Of a stretch of 64,000 nucleotides of DNA, positions 37,655-46,444 are shown piece by piece. Both the position numbers and the translations under genes were made by a program. Numbering within the stretch: the first letter of the stretch is position 1; every line of letters starts with the position of its first letter. Location of the stretch: IMG/VR virus record IMGVR_UViG_3300042519_003322; one strand, 5' to 3'. Source of the stretch: an uncultured virus (IMG/VR IMGVR_UViG_3300042519_003322) (taxonomy: Duplodnaviria; Heunggongvirae; Uroviricota; Caudoviricetes). Under the pieces are notes generated by a model. It was given only the letters and a program-made list of their open reading frames with translations. It was not told where the DNA came from and did not search any database.

Positions 37655-40600
37655 CTAACTTACTTTTCTCTTTTTGCCAGACAAGGTTTCACCAGACTCA
37701 ATTCTTTCTGCGGCAGTTCTCAGTTGTTCGGCGCTAAATATGTCATCGATGGTGTGATTGGTTCCGAACACTTCATTAAATCTGTCAACTATTGATTGCA
37801 ATTCTGAGTCAGAGAATCTTGCTTCGTTTCCTTTTTTCGGAGACCATGCCGAGCCTTTTGCCGTCGCAGCATCTCTTAACGCAACACCCATGTCAGTTCT
37901 TCCAGTTATCTTGTTTCGACTGGCTTGGCTATTGAGCTTGCTATCAGGAAAACTCTTGTCAATAAATTCGTTTAATGCTTCATACACGGCGTATTTTGAT
38001 TTCTTCAGTTCGTTGTCAAATCTTTCGCCCGTGGACGCGTCTTTCCAGACTGAAGCGGCGTTAGGTATTAACCCAGTTCTAATCATGTGAGCGACCGTGG
38101 CCGTTGGTATTCCGTCTTTCTTCCATTCGTCCCATGCTCCGACGGCATCCATTCCGAAAGCAGCAGACATTCGTTCTTTAAGGGTCGTCTTCCATTCTTG
38201 TCTATCGATTCCTAGATATTTCAGAAGCTGCTCTAATTCAAAATCTTCTCTGCTTGTTTTGTCTCCACTAATTATCTCACCATCTGGTTCCGCACTAGGC
38301 AGAACGCCATCAATAAGCTCTCCGTAGAGGTCGTATTCTGCCTCTGAGTCGCCCTTGGTCGGGTCCTCTGGGTCAAAGCGACCAGTTGCGCGGAATTTAG
38401 ACACTGCGCTAATTTCGCCAAGCTTGCTGTATTCGTCTGGCGTTATGGACTCGCCCTCTTCCGGGTCGAACCAATGAGGGAACGCGTCCTTGCCGAAGGT
38501 CTCGATTATGAACCTGTCACGCATGTTTGCGCGACCAACATTTTCCAAAGCAAGGTCTATCTTTGAGAATCCTTCAACATCACCACTGGGTGATGGCGGG
38601 ATAATCTTTGCTACTTCTTCGGCGCTAACTGGGGAAAAGTATCGCCATGCGCTCAGCTCTGGTTGCTTGCCGAGTTCGGCAATAAGCAGTCTGACAGCAT
38701 CATGGTTGATGCCGGCGTCCGGCGCTTCCAGGGCTGCCGTATCTGGACCATTCAAGCCAAGAAGTGTTGCAAGCTCTTTGCGTGTAACCGGGCGGGTCTG
38801 AGTCCACTGTAGCGAACTCTTCCCGTCCCTATTGGCGGAAACAAATTCGGTCGGAACTCTTAGAGTTTCAGCAAGTTTGTCCACGGACAGCATCCATGTC
38901 AGCGCCGAGGGAGCGTCATTCACGTTATTGTCGCCCACTCTGCCGACACGAACGAGGTTTTGGCGCTTCTTCATCTCTGCACCAACTGACTTTATTGTTG
39001 CAGCGTTTTTAGATTTGCGTGCTTCGGTTTCTGATGCATCGTCGTCCACATCTATTGCTATTCCGACGTCACGGAAACGCTTCCACACGTTCATTGAGAA
39101 ATTCAACTTGGCTTGCTCTTTTGGCGACTTTAAGTCACCCCTAAAGCGAATGCCAGCAATTTCTTGTGCGCTTCCGCTGCCATCGTAAATTCTACTGCCG
39201 CCTGACGACCCTCTTCTATTGAGTCTGCCGTCGCGACGAGTTGGTGTATTTTTGGGGCCACTACCCGCTCCACTTGACAGGCCTGTCGATGGGTCTGGTT
39301 TTGCGCCGCCCCTTGCAGGGAGGTTGTCGAAATTGATATCTTCGACGCGCATGGCGTTTAGTTTTTGATAGAAGTCCGGCAGCGGTATTCCGCCCTCATC
39401 GCCAAATGCTCCTCTGTCGAGCCCTTCTGGGATGTGTCCATCTTTTACGGCTTGAGCCATCGCTTCGCGAACTGGCTTCGTTTTCTGGTCGTGCAAATAA
39501 AAGGCAAAGGTCTTTGCTCCTGGGTCTATCATTTTTTTAGCACGTGAAAGGCCTACATGTATGAGATTCGTTGCCTGCATCCATCCTATGGAAGCCTCAC
39601 CCTTCGGTGTACTTTGAGGCAATAAGTCATCAGGGTCGTCAATGTCGTCCGCCATAACGAGATAGTCGAATTCCCGCCCCTTGCTCAGTGCCATCGTGGT
39701 TATTTGAACATCTCCGCCAACTTCCTTTGCTTCGTCACGAAGAGCCTGACCGAGAAGTTCCAATATGTCCGAACTTTCTTGTAGAGTTTCTCCTTCAATC
39801 ACCCAACCGTCATACAGGCGACGCTTAGAACCTCCCTTCATGGCCCCCTCTGCCTCTTCTTTGGGCTTAACCTTGTCTTGAAGTCCATATCTTTGAATTA
39901 TTTTCTCGAGATTCCTTCTGAATCTACCGTTACCAACCCTTTGATTGGGTGCCTTGTTTCTTGACTCAGAACCATCATCGTTGATTTTTGGCCGATTACT
40001 ATCAACGCCATCTCCAGTAATGATTATTTTGCCGGTTGGCTTTCCTGGTTTCGTACTGCTACCACCATTAATTTCGAGCTGTGCATAAACAGCCGACCTT
40101 CCATCGGTGGCTCCAGTTGGTTGAGGAATTATAATTATTTTTTTACGCTGACTATCACTCGCCTGTTCTGCTTCTGCCGCTTTGGTGCCGCGAGATATTC
40201 CCATAACTACTGCCCTGACACCTTTTGATGGGTCTGAGTCATCGCCAGTAAAATTGTTTAGTTGTTGAGTTTTTCTTTCTGGCAATAGCACCGCAGGAAC
40301 GGTGCGAATTTTTTGTTTGCCGTTTACTTCTTCAACAATATTTTCACCCCGAAGAAGGGTGAGCATTCCGCGAGTTCCAAGAGGCGCTTGTCCTGGTGGG
40401 GCTGTCGTTATGAGTCTGTATGCGGTGGTTAGCTGTTGGGACCTGGATTGTTTAAGTAATTGTTGAAGTCTTCCCTGTGTCCAGACTGGCCCAAGCCACT
40501 GGGATTCAGGGGGACGTCCCCCAAATATTTTTTCGTATGCCGCTTGCTGTTCTGGACTTTTCATGATGTAGTCAAGTTGAATAGTAAATGCCAACAAATC

Positions 40601-43600
40601 TTCATGTTTTTTGGCTGGAATAACTACTTCTGGTATTTTTGGGAATCCATTTTCGTCTTTTTCGGCGTTCGGCCTATTGATGACTAGGTCAATGAACTTG
40701 AGGGCCCAGTCTATAATTTCCGCATTAGTCCCTGTTAAAATGGCGTCTGGGAAGATGCCTTGATTGGCGAGTTCAACAAAGTCGACTATTTTTCCTTCTC
40801 TTTCATCGTAGAGCTCGTCGCGTAGTTGTTTTAGAATTGCATCCTGAGCAACTCTGGTCTTGTCAGATATCTCAATTTTTTTATCTGGTGTTGAAAATCT
40901 TTTTTCAATATCGTCGATAATCAGGGCGCGTGTTTTGTCGTTGATTTCTGGAACTTGATTTGCGCCTTTTCTGTCTTTTTTTGCAAGCACTGGGTCAAAC
41001 AACATGTTTATGACCTCTTGTGCCTGACCCTTCACATGCTTCCAGTCCATTGACTGCGGAACTTCCTGTCCTCTCAGGTAGAGGTTCTGTCGACCAAGTG
41101 CCATGTTGGTTAAGTGAGCGACGACTGGTCCATACCTAAATGATTCGGTTATTGATAGCGAATATTCAGCATCAAGGGAATCAAGTATGTTCTTCGCATC
41201 GCGGAAAGCATAAACAGCCTGTCTATCATCACCCACTAAAATTATTGGAAGATTTTTTCTATTGTTTTCTAATACGGTTTCCAAAATTTCATTAGAGTCT
41301 TGAGACTCGTCTACCATGAACGCGCTGAGTGGATTCTCGACAGTGGCAACCCGCTTGGCAAGTCTTGCTTTTACTTTGCTACTTGAACCATCTCGCGAGG
41401 TTCCCGCCACAATCCATTCTTCACCGTTCTCGTCAACATACTTGTCTCCAACTTTGTATGTATTCGGTATCGGCACTTTGTTTCTTGTTTGATTTTCAGA
41501 ATGCGTTATGAGGCCAGGGTCGGTTCTTAAGTCCGGATTCGAAAGTAGCCATAGTTTTTGAACAGAGTCCCTTCGCGGAATCATGTTGCTGTTGCCGTCC
41601 ATCATTGCATCTATCGCTTGCTGGAGGGCCTCAACCCACAATTTGGGTACTTGGTCCTCTGTGAGGACCGTGTCCACGACATGAATGTCTTTTCCCTGGC
41701 CTTTAGGGGTGGTGCGGCCCTCTGCACGATATGCCGACGGCGTAAACATCCATGCTGCTGCTTTTTCTTCTTTTGATATTTCCCATCTTCCGAGAGCGTT
41801 ACTGAGAATATCGGCCATTTCTTCAGTGGTTACTTGTGTTGTTCCTCTTCCATCAGGGAGAATAAATATTGACTCGTCGTATTGTTCACGAACTTCTTTG
41901 CCGTTGGCGTCACGGACTGTTCTGCCCTTGGAGTCCTTCTGTACTCGGTCTCTTCTTCTGGTTTGCTGGTCGGGCCATTTGTCTATCCCAAGGAATTTAA
42001 TCCAGTCCACGGCATCATCAAGTCTCTGCCAACCAAGGGTCCTGTAACCAGGCTCCTCTCCTACAAATGTTTCAATCGTGCCATCAAAATGTTCGCGAAC
42101 AAAATCGGAACCAATTCTCCTTGGTTCATCTGGAGTTTTTTCTTTACTTATAAATTTTGGATTATCTTTACCGCTTCCGGCGGCTGAGTTATCTGCTTTA
42201 AGTTTCTGGACTGCCATTTTTCTACGGAACGCAGGACCAAATCTTTTGTCGCCACCACCTAGCATTAGAGACCAAAGAAAAAGCTTGTCGGTCGTGGCTA
42301 TACCCGTATTTTTAGGGAATTCTTTCTCGGCTTCATGCTGGTTTTTTGTGTTAAAAACCGTGTAATACATATTGCCCATGGGGTTGTCTTTTGCAAGTTT
42401 TGCTACTGCTAACGCAATTTCTTCTGAAGACATCTTGCTAAAATCAATCTTATATCTATCTGCTAAATACTTGAGTTGTTCTTTGCGACGCTCGTCGCCT
42501 TCTGGCCATAGGTTGAATTCACGAGCCAACGCCCATGCAATACTCTTCAGGGTTGTAGTTTTTCCTGTTCCTGCACCAGCAAGAATAGACATGATTTGTG
42601 GGTTTTTCTCACGAACAAGACGCATAACAACATCCATAATGTCTCGCTGCTCGTTTGTTGGCTCATTACTTAAGCCGAACGCAAACTTCATGGAAATATC
42701 TTCATCGGTGCGCTCTACGTCGGGAGCGCCCTTCCTGCTCTTGATTGGGCCAGCCTTTTTGCCGCTTGCCAAAGCTCCAGATGGCGTAATTACTACGCCG
42801 TCTTTGTTCCTGCGTATAGCATTTGGATGAATCTGGAAGGAGCGCATTTCGCGCTCTTCGATACTTAGATTTCGAGCATCCGGAACAAGTTCGTCGTACT
42901 GCTCCATGTCAAGCAGGTCTTCCATTGGTCCCGTGATTGTTGTTGGTGACTTTATTTTTTCTCCACCCGGATATCCAGCAATCATTGGTATTTCAAACCA
43001 GCCCGAGTCCTTGCCCTTGCGTTCGCCGTCAGGGATACCTGCGAGCTTGCGCATTGTGGCAGAGCGGTCCATTATGTAGTCATTTGCTTTCTGCGCCTGC
43101 AGAATGGCCCGGTGAATTGCTAGCGGGTCTTTTTGTAGTTTCTTTATCCAGCTACTTAGGTAAAGCAAATGGTTTTCTTGTATCGTTGGTTCAAGGCCCA
43201 TTGCGCCCATTGCAAACGCGGAGCCTATTTCTGCAATAAGTTCTTCAAAGGCGTAATCTTCGTCTCCAAACGTTTTCCCCAATTTTCTGTCGAGTCGACT
43301 CGGATGCGATGTCCAGTGGATTGTCTCATGCATTGCAGTTCCATAAAAAGCCAAAGCATCCTTGAACTGTTCAAATGCAGGCATATGAATTTTGTCGGTG
43401 GCGGGGCGATAAAAAGCCTGCGAGCCTAGAGATTCGACAAAAGAAGGACCTATTTCCTTAATGACATTTTCTATATCCTGCAACCGTTGCTCTTGGTTTA
43501 TTTCTACATCACCAAGCTCGTAGAAACTTTCTGGGAGTCCTGCAATTTCATCGACGTTGTATACCGTTTGAACAGAATAGTAGCGACCCATTTCAACTTG

Positions 43601-46318
43601 CTTGCCAGTTGAATCAGTAAAGCTTCGTCCTTCACGAGGAACGAGAACCTGCACTCCCCTGTTTCTGCCTCCCGGTTTTACTTTGCCGCCTAACTTTTTC
43701 CACTGTCCCTCTCCGGCCCATCGATTCATTTTGTAGCCGCGAGCTGAGCCCGTAAGGGACAAAATCATCTGATTCATGCCTTGGTAGATGCGGTCACTAG
43801 TTGGATTCCGCGCATAATTCTCGGCATTACGCCATGGCAATTCCCATCTTTTTGATGCGTCTGGATTGTTGGCGAGTTCCTGCAAAATAGCGACAATATC
43901 TTTTGCCATTTCCTTGTATAACTCTTCAAGCTGGCTGGAGCCTTCGGGAAGCTCTGCCTTGTCTGCCAACTTTCCTGATGAAAGCGAGGACAGGGGGCCG
44001 TCATATTTGCGGCGCTCGTCTTGCGTCCGCTTCGCCTCGGGCTTATTTAGATACTTGCCGTAGCCGCTTGAAAGACCCTGACTGGTCTTTTCTACCTGCT
44101 TCTTTACGGGCTTTTTCTTTGGCTTTTCAGTATCAGCCATTTCGCCTTCGGCCATCTTCTCGACACGTTCCATGTATTTGTCGATTTCCGCAATGGCCTT
44201 CTTTAACTTCTTTATTTGGTCAGAATCTGATGCTCCATCCAAAACGCCTTGAAGCTCGTCACGCTGCGACTCTGCTGCGCCATATTTTTCTGCCGAATCA
44301 ACATCCGGGTCGTCTATTCGCGGAAGATTTACAAGCTCGCTTCCAGAGGAAAGTTTCTGGCGCTCTTTAGGTTTTGTTATTTTCTCTACTTGAATTTCCG
44401 CTCGAGAAATTGCTGCAGCATTCGGCTTCGCAACCTGCCTGGGGGATGGCTTGGGGTTACGAATAGAGCCAGGACCATCTGGTGTTGGGTCATTTACGGC
44501 AAGCGGAACTCCACGCAGGAACAGTCCCTCTCCTACGATGCCGTTAAGGTTGGAGTCGCGTGCAGTGAATGGGTCAAAGTCTTCCGCACCCACAGATGTG
44601 AAGAAACGACCGCGAGAACGACCTCCGCCGATGTTTGGGCGGTCAATTAATCGACTGCTGATAGCTCTGCCGAGGCGATACCCGGCTGCTTTCCACTCTA
44701 GGTTGTTTTCACTTAAGGATTTTTTTTTTAAATTTGCGACAGCGTTGTCGACTGCCTCAATCAATTCGTAAGTAACGCCAGAAGTCATGAAGATACCGCT
44801 TGTGTCGACGTAAGAATCAACACCATGGTAATCAAAGATTGGGTCAAGAACTTGTTTTACTTGGAACGCGAACTGAGGTACAACTGGAAGTAAGTATGGC
44901 TTGTCTTCAAAATCTTCACTCTTGGAACCAAATTCACTCAAGAACTTAAAGCTCCGACGCTTCTTTCTCCGCTTGCCGACCACTCCACGAAGTCCTGCAA
45001 CTGCTAATTCCCCGGGGTATTTCACCTCGAGGTCAGCGACGTAATCTTCTTCGGCGAATTCCTCGTCGAGTTCATATGCTTTTGAGCCGGCTCCCTTGAC
45101 AACGCCCTTTGGGATGACGGCAAAACGACACTTACCTTCAGGTTCTACTTCCATGTCGATTATCTTGCAGGCGCTTCCACCCTGATAAAAGACGCAGTTG
45201 GAGCACTTGACGCCGATTCCGGCAACTTCATTTTGTGCAGCAGGGGTATACGCTGCCCATACTCCCTCGGAATCTTCGTTAAACTTTCCGTGACGCTTTA
45301 CGATTTTTAAAAGAGCATCTCTTAAGTCAGCTTCTTCTTGGTCAAGATTACTTGGGTCAAATCGACTTCCATTATCGTTTTCGTATTGCACTGGTGGCAA
45401 AGGAACTATCTGGTTGCCGTTTTCGCCTGGCTTAATAGCAACTGGGATTGATGGCATTTGAGAAGGCCGAACAATTCTTTGTGGCTCATTTGGGGGCATA
45501 CCTGGCATCGCCATTGGCATTGCGCTTACAGGAGCAATGGGCTTACGCACGGGCATTACAACAATGGGGCGCGGCGCACCGAACATATAATGTCCGCGAT
45601 TATTGCTGAATCCACACTTGTAGCGGCCAACTTCTCCGTTGTCCATTCTTCGCGCAAACGTAATCTCTTCGTCGTTAACTTCCATTAAAGATACTTTTGC
45701 GCCCAAAATTGCAGCAAGCTGCTTTTCTATCTCTGCCTTGTCAATTGGGTTTTCTTCGTTCATCATGGACATCAAGATTCCACCGGACAACTCTTCGGAC
45801 TTAACGGAAATAGTCCCAGTTAGCTGGTTTGCGCCATGCAGAACCGGAGATACCTCATATAACTCAAGTTCATAAATGATATTTGCTTGGGATTTCTGGT
45901 CAAACTGAGCTCGAAGTGTCTTGTAACCAATCGACCACTCCTGCTCTTCGCCAAAGAAGGCGACCATGGCGAATGCTTCGCGACCTTTTTCTGAATTGAG
46001 ATTGAACTGAACTCGAGCGAACAGGCCACCAATTCCGGCCATCTTCATTTTCATAGGAAGGCGATTATCCGTGTTCGGAACTTCGTAAATCTCTAGAACC
46101 TTGCCAATGGGGTCATTCCAACTGTGTCCCCAGACAACGCGCGGCTTACGGCGTTGGAGGCTCTTCGTGAATGCTCCAGTGGCAACGATGTCGCCCACAG
46201 AGTCCTTGTTGCCGATGCCAGCCACGAAGCATTCGACAATTCCCTGCGCTTCATCCAAATTGATGGAGTCGGAGTGCCCGAGCGTAGACGACTTATATTC
46301 AAACAATTCTGATGGCAT
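37655..46318 (-). CDS. HK97-type prohead protease fused to Cys-rich, ArdC (ssDNA-binding + zincin) and UvrD-like SF1 helicase modules
   Basis: Protease: DSVGD...GAF...WGH...PIG...WSIGY...LYEVSPVLHGAN. ArdC: PW...NP.S.R.YQGMN...QWKKLGGKV...HETIHWT...YAFEELIAE. Helicase: AGAGTGKT, VDESQD, VGDDRQAVYAFR, ESFR, SKGREFD, VGLSRA. Confidence 0.88.
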   Translation of the reverse strand: MPSELFEYKSSTLGHSDSINLDEAQGIVECFVAGIGNKDSVGDIVATGAFTKSLQRRKPRVVWGHSWNDPIGKVLEIYEVPNTDNRLPMKMKMAGIGGLFARVQFNLNSEKGREAFAMVAFFGEEQEWSIGYKTLRAQFDQKSQANIIYELELYEVSPVLHGANQLTGTISVKSEELSGGILMSMMNEENPIDKAEIEKQLAAILGAKVSLMEVNDEEITFARRMDNGEVGRYKCGFSNNRGHYMFGAPRPIVVMPVRKPIAPVSAMPMAMPGMPPNEPQRIVRPSQMPSIPVAIKPGENGNQIVPLPPVQYENDNGSRFDPSNLDQEEADLRDALLKIVKRHGKFNEDSEGVWAAYTPAAQNEVAGIGVKCSNCVFYQGGSACKIIDMEVEPEGKCRFAVIPKGVVKGAGSKAYELDEEFAEEDYVADLEVKYPGELAVAGLRGVVGKRRKKRRSFKFLSEFGSKSEDFEDKPYLLPVVPQFAFQVKQVLDPIFDYHGVDSYVDTSGIFMTSGVTYELIEAVDNAVANLKKKSLSENNLEWKAAGYRLGRAISSRLIDRPNIGGGRSRGRFFTSVGAEDFDPFTARDSNLNGIVGEGLFLRGVPLAVNDPTPDGPGSIRNPKPSPRQVAKPNAAAISRAEIQVEKITKPKERQKLSSGSELVNLPRIDDPDVDSAEKYGAAESQRDELQGVLDGASDSDQIKKLKKAIAEIDKYMERVEKMAEGEMADTEKPKKKPVKKQVEKTSQGLSSGYGKYLNKPEAKRTQDERRKYDGPLSSLSSGKLADKAELPEGSSQLEELYKEMAKDIVAILQELANNPDASKRWELPWRNAENYARNPTSDRIYQGMNQMILSLTGSARGYKMNRWAGEGQWKKLGGKVKPGGRNRGVQVLVPREGRSFTDSTGKQVEMGRYYSVQTVYNVDEIAGLPESFYELGDVEINQEQRLQDIENVIKEIGPSFVESLGSQAFYRPATDKIHMPAFEQFKDALAFYGTAMHETIHWTSHPSRLDRKLGKTFGDEDYAFEELIAEIGSAFAMGAMGLEPTIQENHLLYLSSWIKKLQKDPLAIHRAILQAQKANDYIMDRSATMRKLAGIPDGERKGKDSGWFEIPMIAGYPGGEKIKSPTTITGPMEDLLDMEQYDELVPDARNLSIEEREMRSFQIHPNAIRRNKDGVVITPSGALASGKKAGPIKSRKGAPDVERTDEDISMKFAFGLSNEPTNEQRDIMDVVMRLVREKNPQIMSILAGAGTGKTTTLKSIAWALAREFNLWPEGDERRKEQLKYLADRYKIDFSKMSSEEIALAVAKLAKDNPMGNMYYTVFNTKNQHEAEKEFPKNTGIATTDKLFLWSLMLGGGDKRFGPAFRRKMAVQKLKADNSAAGSGKDNPKFISKEKTPDEPRRIGSDFVREHFDGTIETFVGEEPGYRTLGWQRLDDAVDWIKFLGIDKWPDQQTRRRDRVQKDSKGRTVRDANGKEVREQYDESIFILPDGRGTTQVTTEEMADILSNALGRWEISKEEKAAAWMFTPSAYRAEGRTTPKGQGKDIHVVDTVLTEDQVPKLWVEALQQAIDAMMDGNSNMIPRRDSVQKLWLLSNPDLRTDPGLITHSENQTRNKVPIPNTYKVGDKYVDENGEEWIVAGTSRDGSSSKVKARLAKRVATVENPLSAFMVDESQDSNEILETVLENNRKNLPIILVGDDRQAVYAFRDAKNILDSLDAEYSLSITESFRYGPVVAHLTNMALGRQNLYLRGQEVPQSMDWKHVKGQAQEVINMLFDPVLAKKDRKGANQVPEINDKTRALIIDDIEKRFSTPDKKIEISDKTRVAQDAILKQLRDELYDEREGKIVDFVELANQGIFPDAILTGTNAEIIDWALKFIDLVINRPNAEKDENGFPKIPEVVIPAKKHEDLLAFTIQLDYIMKSPEQQAAYEKIFGGRPPESQWLGPVWTQGRLQQLLKQSRSQQLTTAYRLITTAPPGQAPLGTRGMLTLLRGENIVEEVNGKQKIRTVPAVLLPERKTQQLNNFTGDDSDPSKGVRAVVMGISRGTKAAEAEQASDSQRKKIIIIPQPTGATDGRSAVYAQLEINGGSSTKPGKPTGKIIITGDGVDSNRPKINDDGSESRNKAPNQRVGNGRFRRNLEKIIQRYGLQDKVKPKEEAEGAMKGGSKRRLYDGWVIEGETLQESSDILELLGQALRDEAKEVGGDVQITTMALSKGREFDYLVMADDIDDPDDLLPQSTPKGEASIGWMQATNLIHVGLSRAKKMIDPGAKTFAFYLHDQKTKPVREAMAQAVKDGHIPEGLDRGAFGDEGGIPLPDFYQKLNAMRVEDINFDNLPARGGAKPDPSTGLSSGAGSGPKNTPTRRDGRLNRRGSSGGSRIYDGSGSAQEIAGIRFRGDLKSPKEQAKLNFSMNVWKRFRDVGIAIDVDDDASETEARKSKNAATIKSVGAEMKKRQNLVRVGRVGDNNVNDAPSALTWMLSVDKLAETLRVPTEFVSANRDGKSSLQWTQTRPVTRKELATLLGLNGPDTAALEAPDAGINHDAVRLLIAELGKQPELSAWRYFSPVSAEEVAKIIPPSPSGDVEGFSKIDLALENVGRANMRDRFIIETFGKDAFPHWFDPEEGESITPDEYSKLGEISAVSKFRATGRFDPEDPTKGDSEAEYDLYGELIDGVLPSAEPDGEIISGDKTSREDFELEQLLKYLGIDRQEWKTTLKERMSAAFGMDAVGAWDEWKKDGIPTATVAHMIRTGLIPNAASVWKDASTGERFDNELKKSKYAVYEALNEFIDKSFPDSKLNSQASRNKITGRTDMGVALRDAATAKGSAWSPKKGNEARFSDSELQSIVDRFNEVFGTNHTIDDIFSAEQLRTAAERIESGETLSGKKRKVS

Positions 46319-46350
46319 TCGATAGACCCTTCACGTCGTGTCTATTGAAA

Positions 46351-46386
46351 ATAATAAGCGATTTAGAAGTCTGTCCGGTGCAACTA
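46351..46386 (-). promoter_or_regulatory. putative structural-gene promoter TAGTTGCAC-N21-TATTAT
   Basis: Shared motif and spacing with the capsid and sheath upstream regions. Confidence 0.6.
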
Positions 46387-46444
46387 TCACCAAAGTTATT
46401 TGTTTAAAGAAAATATTATTTATTTTACTGAAATAGTAATTTCT

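Noticed and set aside
998..44353. LSSG sites as DNA repeats, recombination sites or a CRISPR-like array
   Set aside because: Codons differ between copies (TCN and AGY Ser, several Leu and Gly codons) and spacing is irregular, so there is no conserved nucleotide repeat.
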